DNA from: an uncultured Omnitrophica bacterium
GTDB taxonomy: Bacteria; Omnitrophota; Gorgyraeia; JACQQV01
Length of the DNA stretch: 64,000 bases
Direction: 5' to 3'
NCBI GenBank assembly: GCA_947085655.1
Contig: CAMTXH010000005.1
Span: 6,110 to 70,109, forward strand
Shown here: piece by piece, positions 30,708-40,894 of the stretch
Numbering within the stretch: position 1 is the stretch's first letter
How the letters are laid out: each line of letters opens with the position of its first letter
Made by a program: the position numbers and the translations under genes
Notes under the pieces: generated by a model
Databases searched by the model: none
The model's input: the letters and a program-made list of their open reading frames with translations, nothing else
What the model was told of the DNA's origin: nothing

Positions 30708-30959
30708 ATGATCCAAAAATTCATCTGTCCAAAATGCGGGAATGTCTCGGAGGTGCCGGTCGAGGGATTTGACGTCGGTACCACAGAACTCGATTGCTCT
30801 TGCGGCGCCTCGATGGTCCCTTCCGGCGGCCTTGAACATGAAGCCGAACTCCCCCCGGGGCGCGACCGGCTTCTTCAAAAAAAGCGCCGCCTGGAGGGCA
30901 TCTGGAAATGGATTGCGCTTCTTCTTTTTTTCGCCAGCGTCATTTATCTTCTCTATTAA
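30708..30959 (+). CDS. Small zinc-ribbon protein with C-terminal TM anchor
   Basis: CPKCG...CSCG Cys pairs, basic KKRRLEG, then hydrophobic WIALLLFFASVIYLLY; 83 aa. Confidence 0.45.
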   Translation: MIQKFICPKCGNVSEVPVEGFDVGTTELDCSCGASMVPSGGLEHEAELPPGRDRLLQKKRRLEGIWKWIALLLFFASVIYLLY

Positions 30960-32052
30960 TTAGCAAAGTTTCCCGTAACGTCTCTTCCAGTGTCTCTGCA
31001 ATAGCGCCGTGTCCGGCAGAAGTCCAGTGTCCGTCATCTCTTTCAAAATAAAGCCGTTCCTTCCTGTTTGACATTTGCAACCTTTCAAAGGGGTCCGTCA
31101 CGGCGTATCCCCATTCTTCAAGAAGTTCGCTCAGTTCCAGGTAAAGAGGAGACCGGGCACCGGAGGAGACTTCTCCGGAAAGAGGGACCGTCAAAAAGAG
31201 GAGCTCCGCTTCAAGTTCCTTGCAGTTTTTCTGAAAGGCCTCAAAGAGGAGGCGGATAAAACGCTCTTCTCCTTTCGGATCATGGGTCCCCCATTGAAAA
31301 ATGTTTTTTAATTTCGGATAGAGAAGGGTCTGTTTTTCGAGGAAGGCGAGAAACGGATTCGTTTCGGGATAAGGTGTCATGCCGACGCGGGTGCGCGGAG
31401 GAAGACGGATGGCTTTTCGCTCTTCTCCAGAGGAGGGACGTCTCGGAACCGGAACGCCTTGGAGGTGAAGCACCCCTTTCTTCACAATAAAATAGGGCTT
31501 GGGGTAGGTGTGGTTGACCCGGAGGAAAAGGTCGAATAAATCCGCATAGTTCAGCGCCACAATCACCATGTCCGGGCGGTACCGTTTCCCTTCCGTGTCG
31601 AAGAAGAGAAACATCTGGTCCGGTCCGTATCCGGGGACACCCGCATTGATGACTTCGATTTCGCCGTTCAAGCGCGCCTCGAGCCGCTCCGTAAACCGGT
31701 CTTTTTCCTGAACACCATAACCCCAGACAAAGGAGTCCCCCAACACCAAAACCCTCGGCTTTTCGGAACGTTCATAGGGATACTCCTTGCCCCGGAGCCC
31801 CTTGGCATTGATCGCCACCCAGGTGGTCGCCTCATGGGTCTGGAAAGTGCCCTGGGCATGAGGGCGGTTTTTCCATCCGAGGAGTGGGTCGTATTCAAAG
31901 AAGGTGAAGACATCCTGAGGGGCTCTTTGCTGAACTTGGGCAACGCGGTAATCTCTCCGGATCTCTTTCAATTGGAGGAACCCTTCCAAAAGAAAAAAGG
32001 GGGTTATGAGGGCAACCCCAAAGAGAAGAAGGCGCTTCAAAAACCACATCAT
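30940..32052 (-). CDS. SGNH/GDSL-like hydrolase family protein (AlgX/AlgJ-like), N-terminal TM
   Basis: VLVLGDSFVWGYG block and NAGVPGYGPDQ; 370 aa. Confidence 0.6.
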   Translation of the reverse strand: MMWFLKRLLLFGVALITPFFLLEGFLQLKEIRRDYRVAQVQQRAPQDVFTFFEYDPLLGWKNRPHAQGTFQTHEATTWVAINAKGLRGKEYPYERSEKPRVLVLGDSFVWGYGVQEKDRFTERLEARLNGEIEVINAGVPGYGPDQMFLFFDTEGKRYRPDMVIVALNYADLFDLFLRVNHTYPKPYFIVKKGVLHLQGVPVPRRPSSGEERKAIRLPPRTRVGMTPYPETNPFLAFLEKQTLLYPKLKNIFQWGTHDPKGEERFIRLLFEAFQKNCKELEAELLFLTVPLSGEVSSGARSPLYLELSELLEEWGYAVTDPFERLQMSNRKERLYFERDDGHWTSAGHGAIAETLEETLRETLLINREDK

Positions 32053-32151
32053 GGCCCATATTTTATCACGATTTTTAACTGCGATTTAACATATTGTTAA
32101 TCTTTTTGAAACGTGCGGAGTTAAAAATACATCCAAAAAAGGGGGAATACC

Positions 32152-33441
32152 ATGAAACGGTTGAAGAAACTTTTTGCCTGTTACCTTGTTTTTATGTTTC
32201 TCTGGCTGAATATCGCCTGGGCGGATGAGGGGATGGACCGGGAAGGCGAATCCCAGATGCTCCGTCAGGAGATCCAACTGCTCAAACAGCGACTCACGGA
32301 GTTGGAGCGCCGGCTGGAAAGGGCGGAGACAAGGGTCCAGCTCAGCGAAGGGCCGCCCCTCCCCGCGGAGCGTTATAAGGTCCCCGACTATCTTCATGAT
32401 CTGACCATCAGCGGCATTGCGGCGGCTTCCGGGACGTATAACTTCAACGAACCGAATGACCGCTTGAACCGCTTCCATCAGTTTGACAATGCCGCCAACA
32501 ATTTCCAGGTGGATACGGTGGAGCTGATTTTCCACAAGCACCCGGAAGAGGGGGTCGGATTTCGGACCGATCTTGTCTTTGCGGAGATCGCCGATCAGAT
32601 CGCTTCAACGAACACCTCTTCCTCAGACAACATGGATGTCCAGCAGGCCTATGTGAACTATCGTGTTTCAGTCGATGATCGCCCCCTTGATCTCTGGCTT
32701 GGGAAATATGTGACGCTGGCAGGGGCGGAGGTGATCGAGGATCCTTCCAACTATAACTGGAACATTACCCATTCATTTATGTTTTATTATGCGATTCCCT
32801 TTGCCCAGACCGGGGCGCGGGCTACCTATGCGCCCGTCGACTGGGCCACTGTCATCGCCGGTGTTAACAACGGTTGGGATGTGGTCCACGACAACAACCA
32901 TTCCAAGACCCTTGAGACAGGCCTCGGACTCACACCGTATGACTGGCTCAGCTGGTTCACCTCCTTTTATCACGGGGCGGAACAGGCGGCCGACCAGGGA
33001 AATCAAAGATCTATGGTCAGCAGTGTCCTGACCCTCAAACCGATGGAGAATCTCACTGCAATGGTTGACACCGTTTACGGTTTTGAAGAAGATGCTGTTT
33101 CGACCACGCAGGATGCGGAATGGTGGGGGATTGCAGGGTACCTTCGCTACATGCTCACCGAAAAATGGGGGCTTTCGGGCCGCTTGGAGTTTTTCGACGA
33201 TAACGATGGTATTCGCACTCTCGGAACCTCTGGAGGTGGATCCGCAAACGGCGGACCGGGCAGCCGCACCCCGCAAGAGTTGTGGGAAGCGACCGTGACG
33301 ACAGACTACACCCTCTATCCGGGACTGGTCTGCCGTCTCGAATACCGTCACGACGAGTCAGACCAGAATCTCTTCCAGGATAAAGGGACTTCCGACGACT
33401 CACAGGATCTTGTCACCTTCCAGGCCCTCTATTTCTTTTAA
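32152..33441 (+). CDS. Putative outer-membrane beta-barrel porin with N-terminal coiled coil
   Basis: Signal peptide; coiled coil QEIQLLKQRLTELERRLERAE; alternating amphipathic strands; C-terminal QALYFF. Confidence 0.55.
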   Translation: MKRLKKLFACYLVFMFLWLNIAWADEGMDREGESQMLRQEIQLLKQRLTELERRLERAETRVQLSEGPPLPAERYKVPDYLHDLTISGIAAASGTYNFNEPNDRLNRFHQFDNAANNFQVDTVELIFHKHPEEGVGFRTDLVFAEIADQIASTNTSSSDNMDVQQAYVNYRVSVDDRPLDLWLGKYVTLAGAEVIEDPSNYNWNITHSFMFYYAIPFAQTGARATYAPVDWATVIAGVNNGWDVVHDNNHSKTLETGLGLTPYDWLSWFTSFYHGAEQAADQGNQRSMVSSVLTLKPMENLTAMVDTVYGFEEDAVSTTQDAEWWGIAGYLRYMLTEKWGLSGRLEFFDDNDGIRTLGTSGGGSANGGPGSRTPQELWEATVTTDYTLYPGLVCRLEYRHDESDQNLFQDKGTSDDSQDLVTFQALYFF

Positions 33442-33461
33442 TCCTTCCTAAGCCCTCCTTT

Positions 33462-33506
33462 GGGGCGCCCGTTATTTTTGAGCGAACGGGCGCCCCATTT
33501 TATTTT
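33462..33506 (+). terminator. Strong Rho-independent terminator after the porin gene
   Basis: 12-bp stem ggggcgcccgtt / aacgggcgcccc followed by attttatttt. Confidence 0.75.
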
Positions 33507-33569
33507 GGATGCCTTGACCCCTCGTTTTTTCTATAGTAGGATAAATGCATTACGGAAGAGGAGGAGACG

Positions 33570-33788
33570 ATGGGCCTCATGTGGGAAGACAAGGATTTAA
33601 TTGCGGAGAAACTTTACGAAAAATTTCCGGATACGGATCCGCTCTCCATCCGATTCACGGACCTTCACAAGTGGATTACGGAGCTCGAAGATTTCACGGA
33701 TGACCCGAAGCGCTCAAGCGAAGGGATGCTCGAGGGGATCCAGATGGCTTGGGTTGAGCTGGTTCAGGACCAGGAGGACATACCGTGA
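33570..33788 (+). CDS. iscX: IscX (YfhJ)-like Fe-S assembly accessory protein
   Basis: MGLMWEDKDLIAEKLYEKFPDTDPLSIRFTDLHKWITELEDFTDDP aligns almost residue-by-residue with E. coli IscX. Confidence 0.85.
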   Translation: MGLMWEDKDLIAEKLYEKFPDTDPLSIRFTDLHKWITELEDFTDDPKRSSEGMLEGIQMAWVELVQDQEDIP

Positions 33789-34714
33789 CCCGTCGTCGGG
33801 TCATCATCATCGGTTCCGGCTCTGCGGGTTTGACCGCCGCGATTTATGCCTCCCGGGCGAATCTGACCCCCCTTCTTTTTGAAGGGCCGCTTATCGGCGG
33901 CCAACTTTCCCTCACGACGATGGTGGAGAATTATCCCGGTTTTCCGGACGGTGTCATGGGTCCTGATTTGATGGAACAGACCAAAAGACAGGCGGTCCGT
34001 TTCGGGACGGAGATCATCTCAAAATTGGTCAACCGCGTTGATTTTTCCAAGCGGCCGTTCCGGATTTGGGCCGACAAGGAAATCTATGAGGCGGAAAGTG
34101 TCATTATTTCAACCGGCGCTTCTTCCCGGATGCTGGGGCTTGACTCGGAAAAGAAACTTTTGGGACACGGGGTTTCCACCTGCGCGACCTGCGACGGATT
34201 TTTCTTCAAGGGGAAGGAAATCGTCGTGGTGGGTGGGGGCGACTCGGCGATGGAGGAGTCCACGTTTCTCACGAAATTTGCCAGCAAGGTGAATGTGGTT
34301 CATCGCCGGGACAAACTCCGCGCTTCAAAGATTATGCAGGAACGGGCCCAGAAAAATCCAAAAATCGAATTCATTTGGGACACGGTCGTGGAAGACATTT
34401 TGGATCCGTCCCAGAAAAAGGTTACCGCTTTGAAGTTGAAAAACGTCAAGACCGGAAAAGTCGCCGAGAAAAAGTGCGAGGGGGTATTTCTGGCAATCGG
34501 TCATGAACCCAATACCAAAATCTTTCGGGGACAGATTGCTCTTGACAAGAAAGGGTATATCACGACCCAAGAAAACACCCAAACTTCTGTCAAGGGAGTC
34601 TTTGCCGCGGGAGACTGCGTGGACCATGTCTACCGGCAGGCGGTGACTGCCGCAGGCATGGGGTGCATGGCCGCGATGGACGCAGAACGATATCTAGAGG
34701 CAAATCCCATCTAG
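33785..34714 (+). CDS. trxB: Thioredoxin-disulfide reductase
   Basis: GTG start overlapping the iscX stop; IIIGSGSAGLTAAIY; redox CATCDG; GGGDSAMEE. Confidence 0.9.
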   Translation: MTRRRVIIIGSGSAGLTAAIYASRANLTPLLFEGPLIGGQLSLTTMVENYPGFPDGVMGPDLMEQTKRQAVRFGTEIISKLVNRVDFSKRPFRIWADKEIYEAESVIISTGASSRMLGLDSEKKLLGHGVSTCATCDGFFFKGKEIVVVGGGDSAMEESTFLTKFASKVNVVHRRDKLRASKIMQERAQKNPKIEFIWDTVVEDILDPSQKKVTALKLKNVKTGKVAEKKCEGVFLAIGHEPNTKIFRGQIALDKKGYITTQENTQTSVKGVFAAGDCVDHVYRQAVTAAGMGCMAAMDAERYLEANPI

Positions 34715-34795
34715 ATATTGTGTTTTTCCTTCCAAGCAATTCTTTAACTCATTGAGAAAATTAGGGTTACGTAACATCCCCACTACACGTTACCC

Positions 34796-34824
34796 TTGAC
34801 GTTTATCCTGCCCTTTAGTAAAAT
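34796..34824 (+). promoter_or_regulatory. Sigma70-type promoter (TTGACG-17 nt-TAAAAT) for the pur operon
   Basis: ttgacg at 34796-34801, taaaat at 34819-34824, 24 bp upstream of the purB ATG. Confidence 0.55.
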
Positions 34825-34847
34825 AGTTTATTTGGGATTCCTTATAG

Positions 34848-36140
<1,293 letters not shown>

Positions 36141-36157
36141 TACAAAAGGAGCTTGTG

Positions 36158-36862
36158 ATGAAAAAAGGGAAACTCTTCTATGAAGGAAAAGCAAAAAAAC
36201 TTTATGCGACGGATGACCCGGATCTTGTGATCCAGGAGTTTAAGGACGATGCCACCGCCTTTAACGCGCAAAAGCGGGGGACCATTCAGGAAAAGGGGAT
36301 CATGAACAATGCCATCTCCGCAAAAATTTTTTCGCTTTTGGAGTCGAAAAAAATTCCGACCCATTTCGTGAAACAACTGAACGACCGGGACATGCTCGTC
36401 AAACGCCTTGAAATCATCCCCATCGAGGTGACGATCCGGAACATCACCGCCGGCGGGATGGCAAAACTTCTGGGGATCGAAGAGGGAGGGCGGTTGGCAT
36501 TTCCCGTTCTGGAATACCATTACAAGCGGGACGATCTGGGGGATCCCCTCTTTAATGAATACCATATTTTCACGTTGAAACTTGCCACACGGGAGGAACT
36601 GCAAAAAATCAACGAGTATTCCTTCGCGATCAATCAGATTCTGATCGATTTCTTCAAGGCGAAGAATATCGACCTGGTCGATTTCAAGCTCGAGTTCGGC
36701 CGGCATAAGGGAGCGATTCTTTTGGGCGATGAATTTTCGCCGGATACTTCCCGTCTTTGGGAGAGGGGAACCGGCGAAAAACTGGACAAGGATCGTTTCC
36801 GCCGCGACCTTGGGAAGGTCGAGGAAGCGTATCAGGAAGTCTACCGCCGCGTGGTGCAATGA
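36158..36862 (+). CDS. purC: Phosphoribosylaminoimidazole-succinocarboxamide synthase
   Basis: Start at ATG 36158 preceded by aaggag; LFYEGKAKKLYATDDPDLVIQEFKDDATAFN. Confidence 0.9.
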   Translation: MKKGKLFYEGKAKKLYATDDPDLVIQEFKDDATAFNAQKRGTIQEKGIMNNAISAKIFSLLESKKIPTHFVKQLNDRDMLVKRLEIIPIEVTIRNITAGGMAKLLGIEEGGRLAFPVLEYHYKRDDLGDPLFNEYHIFTLKLATREELQKINEYSFAINQILIDFFKAKNIDLVDFKLEFGRHKGAILLGDEFSPDTSRLWERGTGEKLDKDRFRRDLGKVEEAYQEVYRRVVQ

Positions 36863-37119
36863 AACTGAATACACTCTTGGTCAAGATGCACGTTCGTCTC
36901 AAACCGGGCGTCCTCGACCCGCAGGGAATCGCCACACGGCAGGCCCTTGAGGCGATGGGATACCGGGGCGTTGAGGATGTCCGGGTCGGGAAGCTGATCG
37001 AACTCCGCTTTCACGGTAAAAGCAGGCAGGCGGTGGAAAAAGAGGTGGCGGAGATGGGAAAGCGGATTCTTTCCAATCCGGTCATCGAGACCTTTGACTA
37101 CGAAATCGAGGATGCATGA
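36859..37119 (+). CDS. purS: FGAM synthase PurS subunit
   Basis: ATG overlaps the purC stop (ATGA); 86 aa; VRLKPGVLDPQG PurS motif. Confidence 0.85.
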   Translation: MKLNTLLVKMHVRLKPGVLDPQGIATRQALEAMGYRGVEDVRVGKLIELRFHGKSRQAVEKEVAEMGKRILSNPVIETFDYEIEDA

Positions 37120-37895
37120 GGGGGAAAAGATTCCTTTCCGAACTTTGGAGGGCTTTGAGTTCCGTCTCCTTCTACCAGGAACTTCCCAAGCGTTCGCTGC
37201 CGGAGGCGCTGAAGTACTTTTCGTTTTTAATTCTTTTGGCGGCTTTTCTTCTTTCCGTCCGGTTCTCGATCGACAGCTTCAGGATGCTGTCTCTTTTCGA
37301 ACTCTGGAGCCGGGAACGTCTCCCGGAAATTGTGATCGAAAAGGGGAAGGTCTCCGCGGATGTGCCGCAGCCCTGGGTGGAGGAGGGGGATCATTTTGTC
37401 ATGGTGATTGATACAACCGGAAAGGTCCGCCGGATTGATCATGCGGTTTCACAAGGCATCCTTTTGACGGAAGACCGTCTTTATCTGAAACGGGGTCCGT
37501 TTGAGACGCGGGAATACGATCTTTCCCGCATCGAACACTTTCTTTTGAATGCCGAGACGGTGGGGCGCTTGCGGCGGATCGGTCACTGGACACTCCCTCC
37601 CCTTCTTCTTGTCTTTTTGTTCGTCTATTTCTGGATCGGGAAGTTGACACAGGTCCTCTTTTTCAGTCTGGTGAGTCTTTTGGCGAATTGGGCGGCGAGG
37701 CGCCGGCTTTCCTACCAAGCACTCTTGGCGATCGGGTTTTATGCGCTGACGCCGCCGCTTGCATTCTTCTGTCTCGTATCGCTTTTGGGGATGCATCTTC
37801 CGTTCTTCAGCATTATCTATCTTTCCGCCTATGCGGCCCTTTTGGTTGCCGTCGTGCTGCAGGTCAATCCGCCGAGACCGGAGGTCGAACCATGA
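37116..37895 (+). CDS. Polytopic membrane protein, DUF1189-like, embedded between purS and purQ
   Basis: 259 aa; one early TM and three or more C-terminal TMs; start overlaps the purS stop and its stop overlaps the purQ start (ATGA). Confidence 0.55.
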   Translation: MRGKRFLSELWRALSSVSFYQELPKRSLPEALKYFSFLILLAAFLLSVRFSIDSFRMLSLFELWSRERLPEIVIEKGKVSADVPQPWVEEGDHFVMVIDTTGKVRRIDHAVSQGILLTEDRLYLKRGPFETREYDLSRIEHFLLNAETVGRLRRIGHWTLPPLLLVFLFVYFWIGKLTQVLFFSLVSLLANWAARRRLSYQALLAIGFYALTPPLAFFCLVSLLGMHLPFFSIIYLSAYAALLVAVVLQVNPPRPEVEP

Positions 37896-38575
37896 GATTC
37901 GGCGTGGTGGTCTTTCCCGGCTCAAACTGCGATGAGGACTGCCGTCATGTGCTGACCGACGTGATGAGGCAGAAGGTCCGGATGGTCTGGCACAAGGAAC
38001 GGGATCTTTCAGGATTGGACTGTGTGGTTCTCCCGGGAGGATTCAGTTACGGCGATTATCTCCGAAGCGGGGCGATTGCGCGGTTCAGCCCGGTGATGAA
38101 GGAAGTCATTGCTTATGCCAAGAAGGGAAAACCGGTCATCGGGATCTGCAACGGATTTCAGATTCTCCTTGAAGCGGGACTTCTGCCGGGGGCGATGCTC
38201 CGGAATCGAACGCTCCATTTTATCTGCCGGCCGGTGCATCTGAAGGCGGAGACAGACCAAACGCCGTTTACGAACCGAATTAGGAAGGGAACGGTACTGA
38301 CGCTTCCGATCGCCCATAACGAAGGGAATTATTTTGCCGATCCGAAGACATTGGAGGAACTGGAGGAAGGGGAACAGGTGGTCTTCCGCTATTGCGATCC
38401 GAAGGGTCATGTGACGGACGAGGCGAACCCGAACGGCTCCCTTCGCAACATCGCCGGGATTTGCAACCCAAAACGGAATATCCTCGGACTCATGCCGCAT
38501 CCGGAGCGGGCTTCGGAGACGGCTCTCGGTTCGGAGGACGGCCGTAAAATTTTTGAGTCTTTAATGAGTGCATGA
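37892..38575 (+). CDS. purQ: FGAM synthase glutaminase subunit PurQ
   Basis: [16 protein letters not shown]; catalytic GICNGFQ; MPHPER. Confidence 0.9.
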   Translation: MRFGVVVFPGSNCDEDCRHVLTDVMRQKVRMVWHKERDLSGLDCVVLPGGFSYGDYLRSGAIARFSPVMKEVIAYAKKGKPVIGICNGFQILLEAGLLPGAMLRNRTLHFICRPVHLKAETDQTPFTNRIRKGTVLTLPIAHNEGNYFADPKTLEELEEGEQVVFRYCDPKGHVTDEANPNGSLRNIAGICNPKRNILGLMPHPERASETALGSEDGRKIFESLMSA

Positions 38576-38674
38576 GTGATGGAACGAAGTGACATAACTC
38601 ATTTGCGCGAATTAAATCCGCCGAAGCTGAATGCGAAAGCAATTCAGCGAAGGCGGAGCACAAAAGCCGTTACC

Positions 38675-40894
38675 ATGACCACCGCAACTCCCGAAAGGGA
38701 AATCAAGGAGATCGCCCGCCACCACGGCGTGACGGACGAAGAATACCAAAAGATCGTTTCCCGTCTGGGGCGGGTCCCCACCGTGACGGAGATAGGGATG
38801 TACGGCGTGATGTATTCGGAGCACTGCTCCTATAAGTCGTCCAAGCCGGTTCTCCGGCTTTTCCCGATGGAGGGAGCGCGCGTTCTGGTCAAGGCGGGGG
38901 AGGAAAATGCGGGGGTGGTGGATATCGGGGACGGGCTTGCGGTGGTGTTTAAAATTGAGTCCCACAACCATCCCTCCGCCGTGGAACCGTTTCAGGGGGC
39001 GGCCACAGGAGTCGGAGGCATTCTCCGGGATATCTTCACCATGGGGGCAAGACCCGTGGCTCTTTTAAATTCCCTCCGGTTCGGGGATCTTTCCAAACCG
39101 CGCGTGAAACAACTTTTAAAAGGGGTTGTCTCCGGCATTGCCCATTACGGGAATTGCATCGGGGTCCCCACCGTCGGCGGAGAGATTGCATTTGATGAAA
39201 GTTACGAAGGAAACCCTCTTGTGAATGTGGTCTGTGTCGGCGTTGTGAAGAAAAAAGATCTGGTAAAAGCGCGTGCCAAAGGGGCCGGAAACCCGGTCTT
39301 TTATGTGGGGGCCGCAACCGGCCGGGACGGACTCGGGGGGGCGAGTTTTGCTTCGCGGGAGTTGACCGAAACTTCCGAGGAAGACCGGCCTGCGGTTCAG
39401 GTCGCGGATCCGTTTCTGGAGAAACTCCTTCTGGAGGCCTGTCTTGAGTTAATCCAATCCGGCGCGGTCGTCGGGATTCAGGATATGGGTGCAGCCGGGC
39501 TCACCTGCTCCACCTGCGAAACCGCTTCCCGCGGCGGCACCGGCATTGAAATCGATATCGCCAAGGTTCCCCGGCGGGAAGAGGGAATGACGCCGTATGA
39601 AGTGATGCTTTCGGAATCACAGGAGCGGATGCTTATTATTGTCCAAAAGGGGAGGGAACAGGTGGCGGAGCGAATTTTCCGGAAATGGGACCTTCATGCG
39701 GCACGGATCGGACAGGTGACCCGTTCCACGCTTTTGCGGGTTACCGAAAACGGAGGTCTTGCGGCTGAAATTCCGGCCACTTCTTTGACGGACGAGGCAC
39801 CGGTCTATCAGCGCCCGGCAAAAAAACCGGCCGCCTCCAAAGAAAAAATCCGTCTTGATGAAATTCCCCAGACGGATCTTACAGAGAGCTTCCGGACGCT
39901 TCTTGCCTCGCCGACGATTGCAAGCAAAGCATGGGTCTATGAACAGTACGATCACATGGTTCAGACCAACACCGTCGTTCTTCCGGGGCGGGGGACCTCC
40001 GCGATCCGCTTGAAAGGGACGAAGAAGTTTTTGGCGATGACAACCGACGGAAACGGGACGCATGTTGCGCTGGACCCGTACCGCGGCGGGATGATGGCGG
40101 TGTGCGAGGCGGCACGGAATCTTGTCGTGGCGGGAGCTACCCCGATCGGCCTTTCGGATTGCCTCAACTTCGGAAGCCCGGAGGACCCTGAAATCTTCTG
40201 GCAGTTTAAGGAGTGTGTCCGCGGGATGGCGGAGGCCTGTCGCATCCTTTCCATTCCGGTGACTGGCGGGAATGTGAGTTTCTACAATGAAAGCCCGAAG
40301 GGGGCGATTGACCCGACGCCGATTGTGGCGATGGTCGGGTTGATCGAAGGATTCCAGCCGGTGACGGGGGATTTCAAAGAGGAAGGGGACGCGGTCATTC
40401 TTTTGGGAAAGACCCAGGAGGCGCTTGGGGGGAGCGAATATTTGAAGGTGGCTCACCGTCATAAAATCGGTTCCCTTCCGGAAATAGATCTCATGCAGGA
40501 AAAAGCACTGCAGCGCTTTTTGCTTTCGGAAATCAAGGAAGGGCGCGTGAAATCGGCCCATGACCTTTCGGAGGGGGGACTTGCGGTGGCGGCGGCCGAG
40601 TGCACCTTTATGAATCCGGAAAGGCGAATCGGCGTCCTTTTTGAAGAAGAAGCGTTTCCAAAGATGCGGACGGATTGCTTTTTATTCGGGGAGAGCCCTT
40701 CCCGGATTCTTGTCAGCGTGGCTGAAAAAGCGGCCGATTCTTTTTGTCAGCGGGCGGTCCGAGCCGGAGTTTTTGCCGTCCGTCTCGGACGGGTCGGCGG
40801 TGACCGGATTCAATTCGGAAAAAAAATTCAGTTGCCGGTAGAGGAGGCAGAACAGATTTGGAAGGGAAGTTTCCATGAACTCTTGGGAAGATAA
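38675..40894 (+). CDS. purL: FGAM synthase large subunit PurL
   Basis: TVTEIGMYGVMYSEHCSYKSS and ESHNHPSAVEPFQGAATGVGG; start placed at ATG 38675 (739 aa); the ORF track's 38576 start would add 33 aa without an RBS. Confidence 0.85.
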   Translation: MTTATPEREIKEIARHHGVTDEEYQKIVSRLGRVPTVTEIGMYGVMYSEHCSYKSSKPVLRLFPMEGARVLVKAGEENAGVVDIGDGLAVVFKIESHNHPSAVEPFQGAATGVGGILRDIFTMGARPVALLNSLRFGDLSKPRVKQLLKGVVSGIAHYGNCIGVPTVGGEIAFDESYEGNPLVNVVCVGVVKKKDLVKARAKGAGNPVFYVGAATGRDGLGGASFASRELTETSEEDRPAVQVADPFLEKLLLEACLELIQSGAVVGIQDMGAAGLTCSTCETASRGGTGIEIDIAKVPRREEGMTPYEVMLSESQERMLIIVQKGREQVAERIFRKWDLHAARIGQVTRSTLLRVTENGGLAAEIPATSLTDEAPVYQRPAKKPAASKEKIRLDEIPQTDLTESFRTLLASPTIASKAWVYEQYDHMVQTNTVVLPGRGTSAIRLKGTKKFLAMTTDGNGTHVALDPYRGGMMAVCEAARNLVVAGATPIGLSDCLNFGSPEDPEIFWQFKECVRGMAEACRILSIPVTGGNVSFYNESPKGAIDPTPIVAMVGLIEGFQPVTGDFKEEGDAVILLGKTQEALGGSEYLKVAHRHKIGSLPEIDLMQEKALQRFLLSEIKEGRVKSAHDLSEGGLAVAAAECTFMNPERRIGVLFEEEAFPKMRTDCFLFGESPSRILVSVAEKAADSFCQRAVRAGVFAVRLGRVGGDRIQFGKKIQLPVEEAEQIWKGSFHELLGR

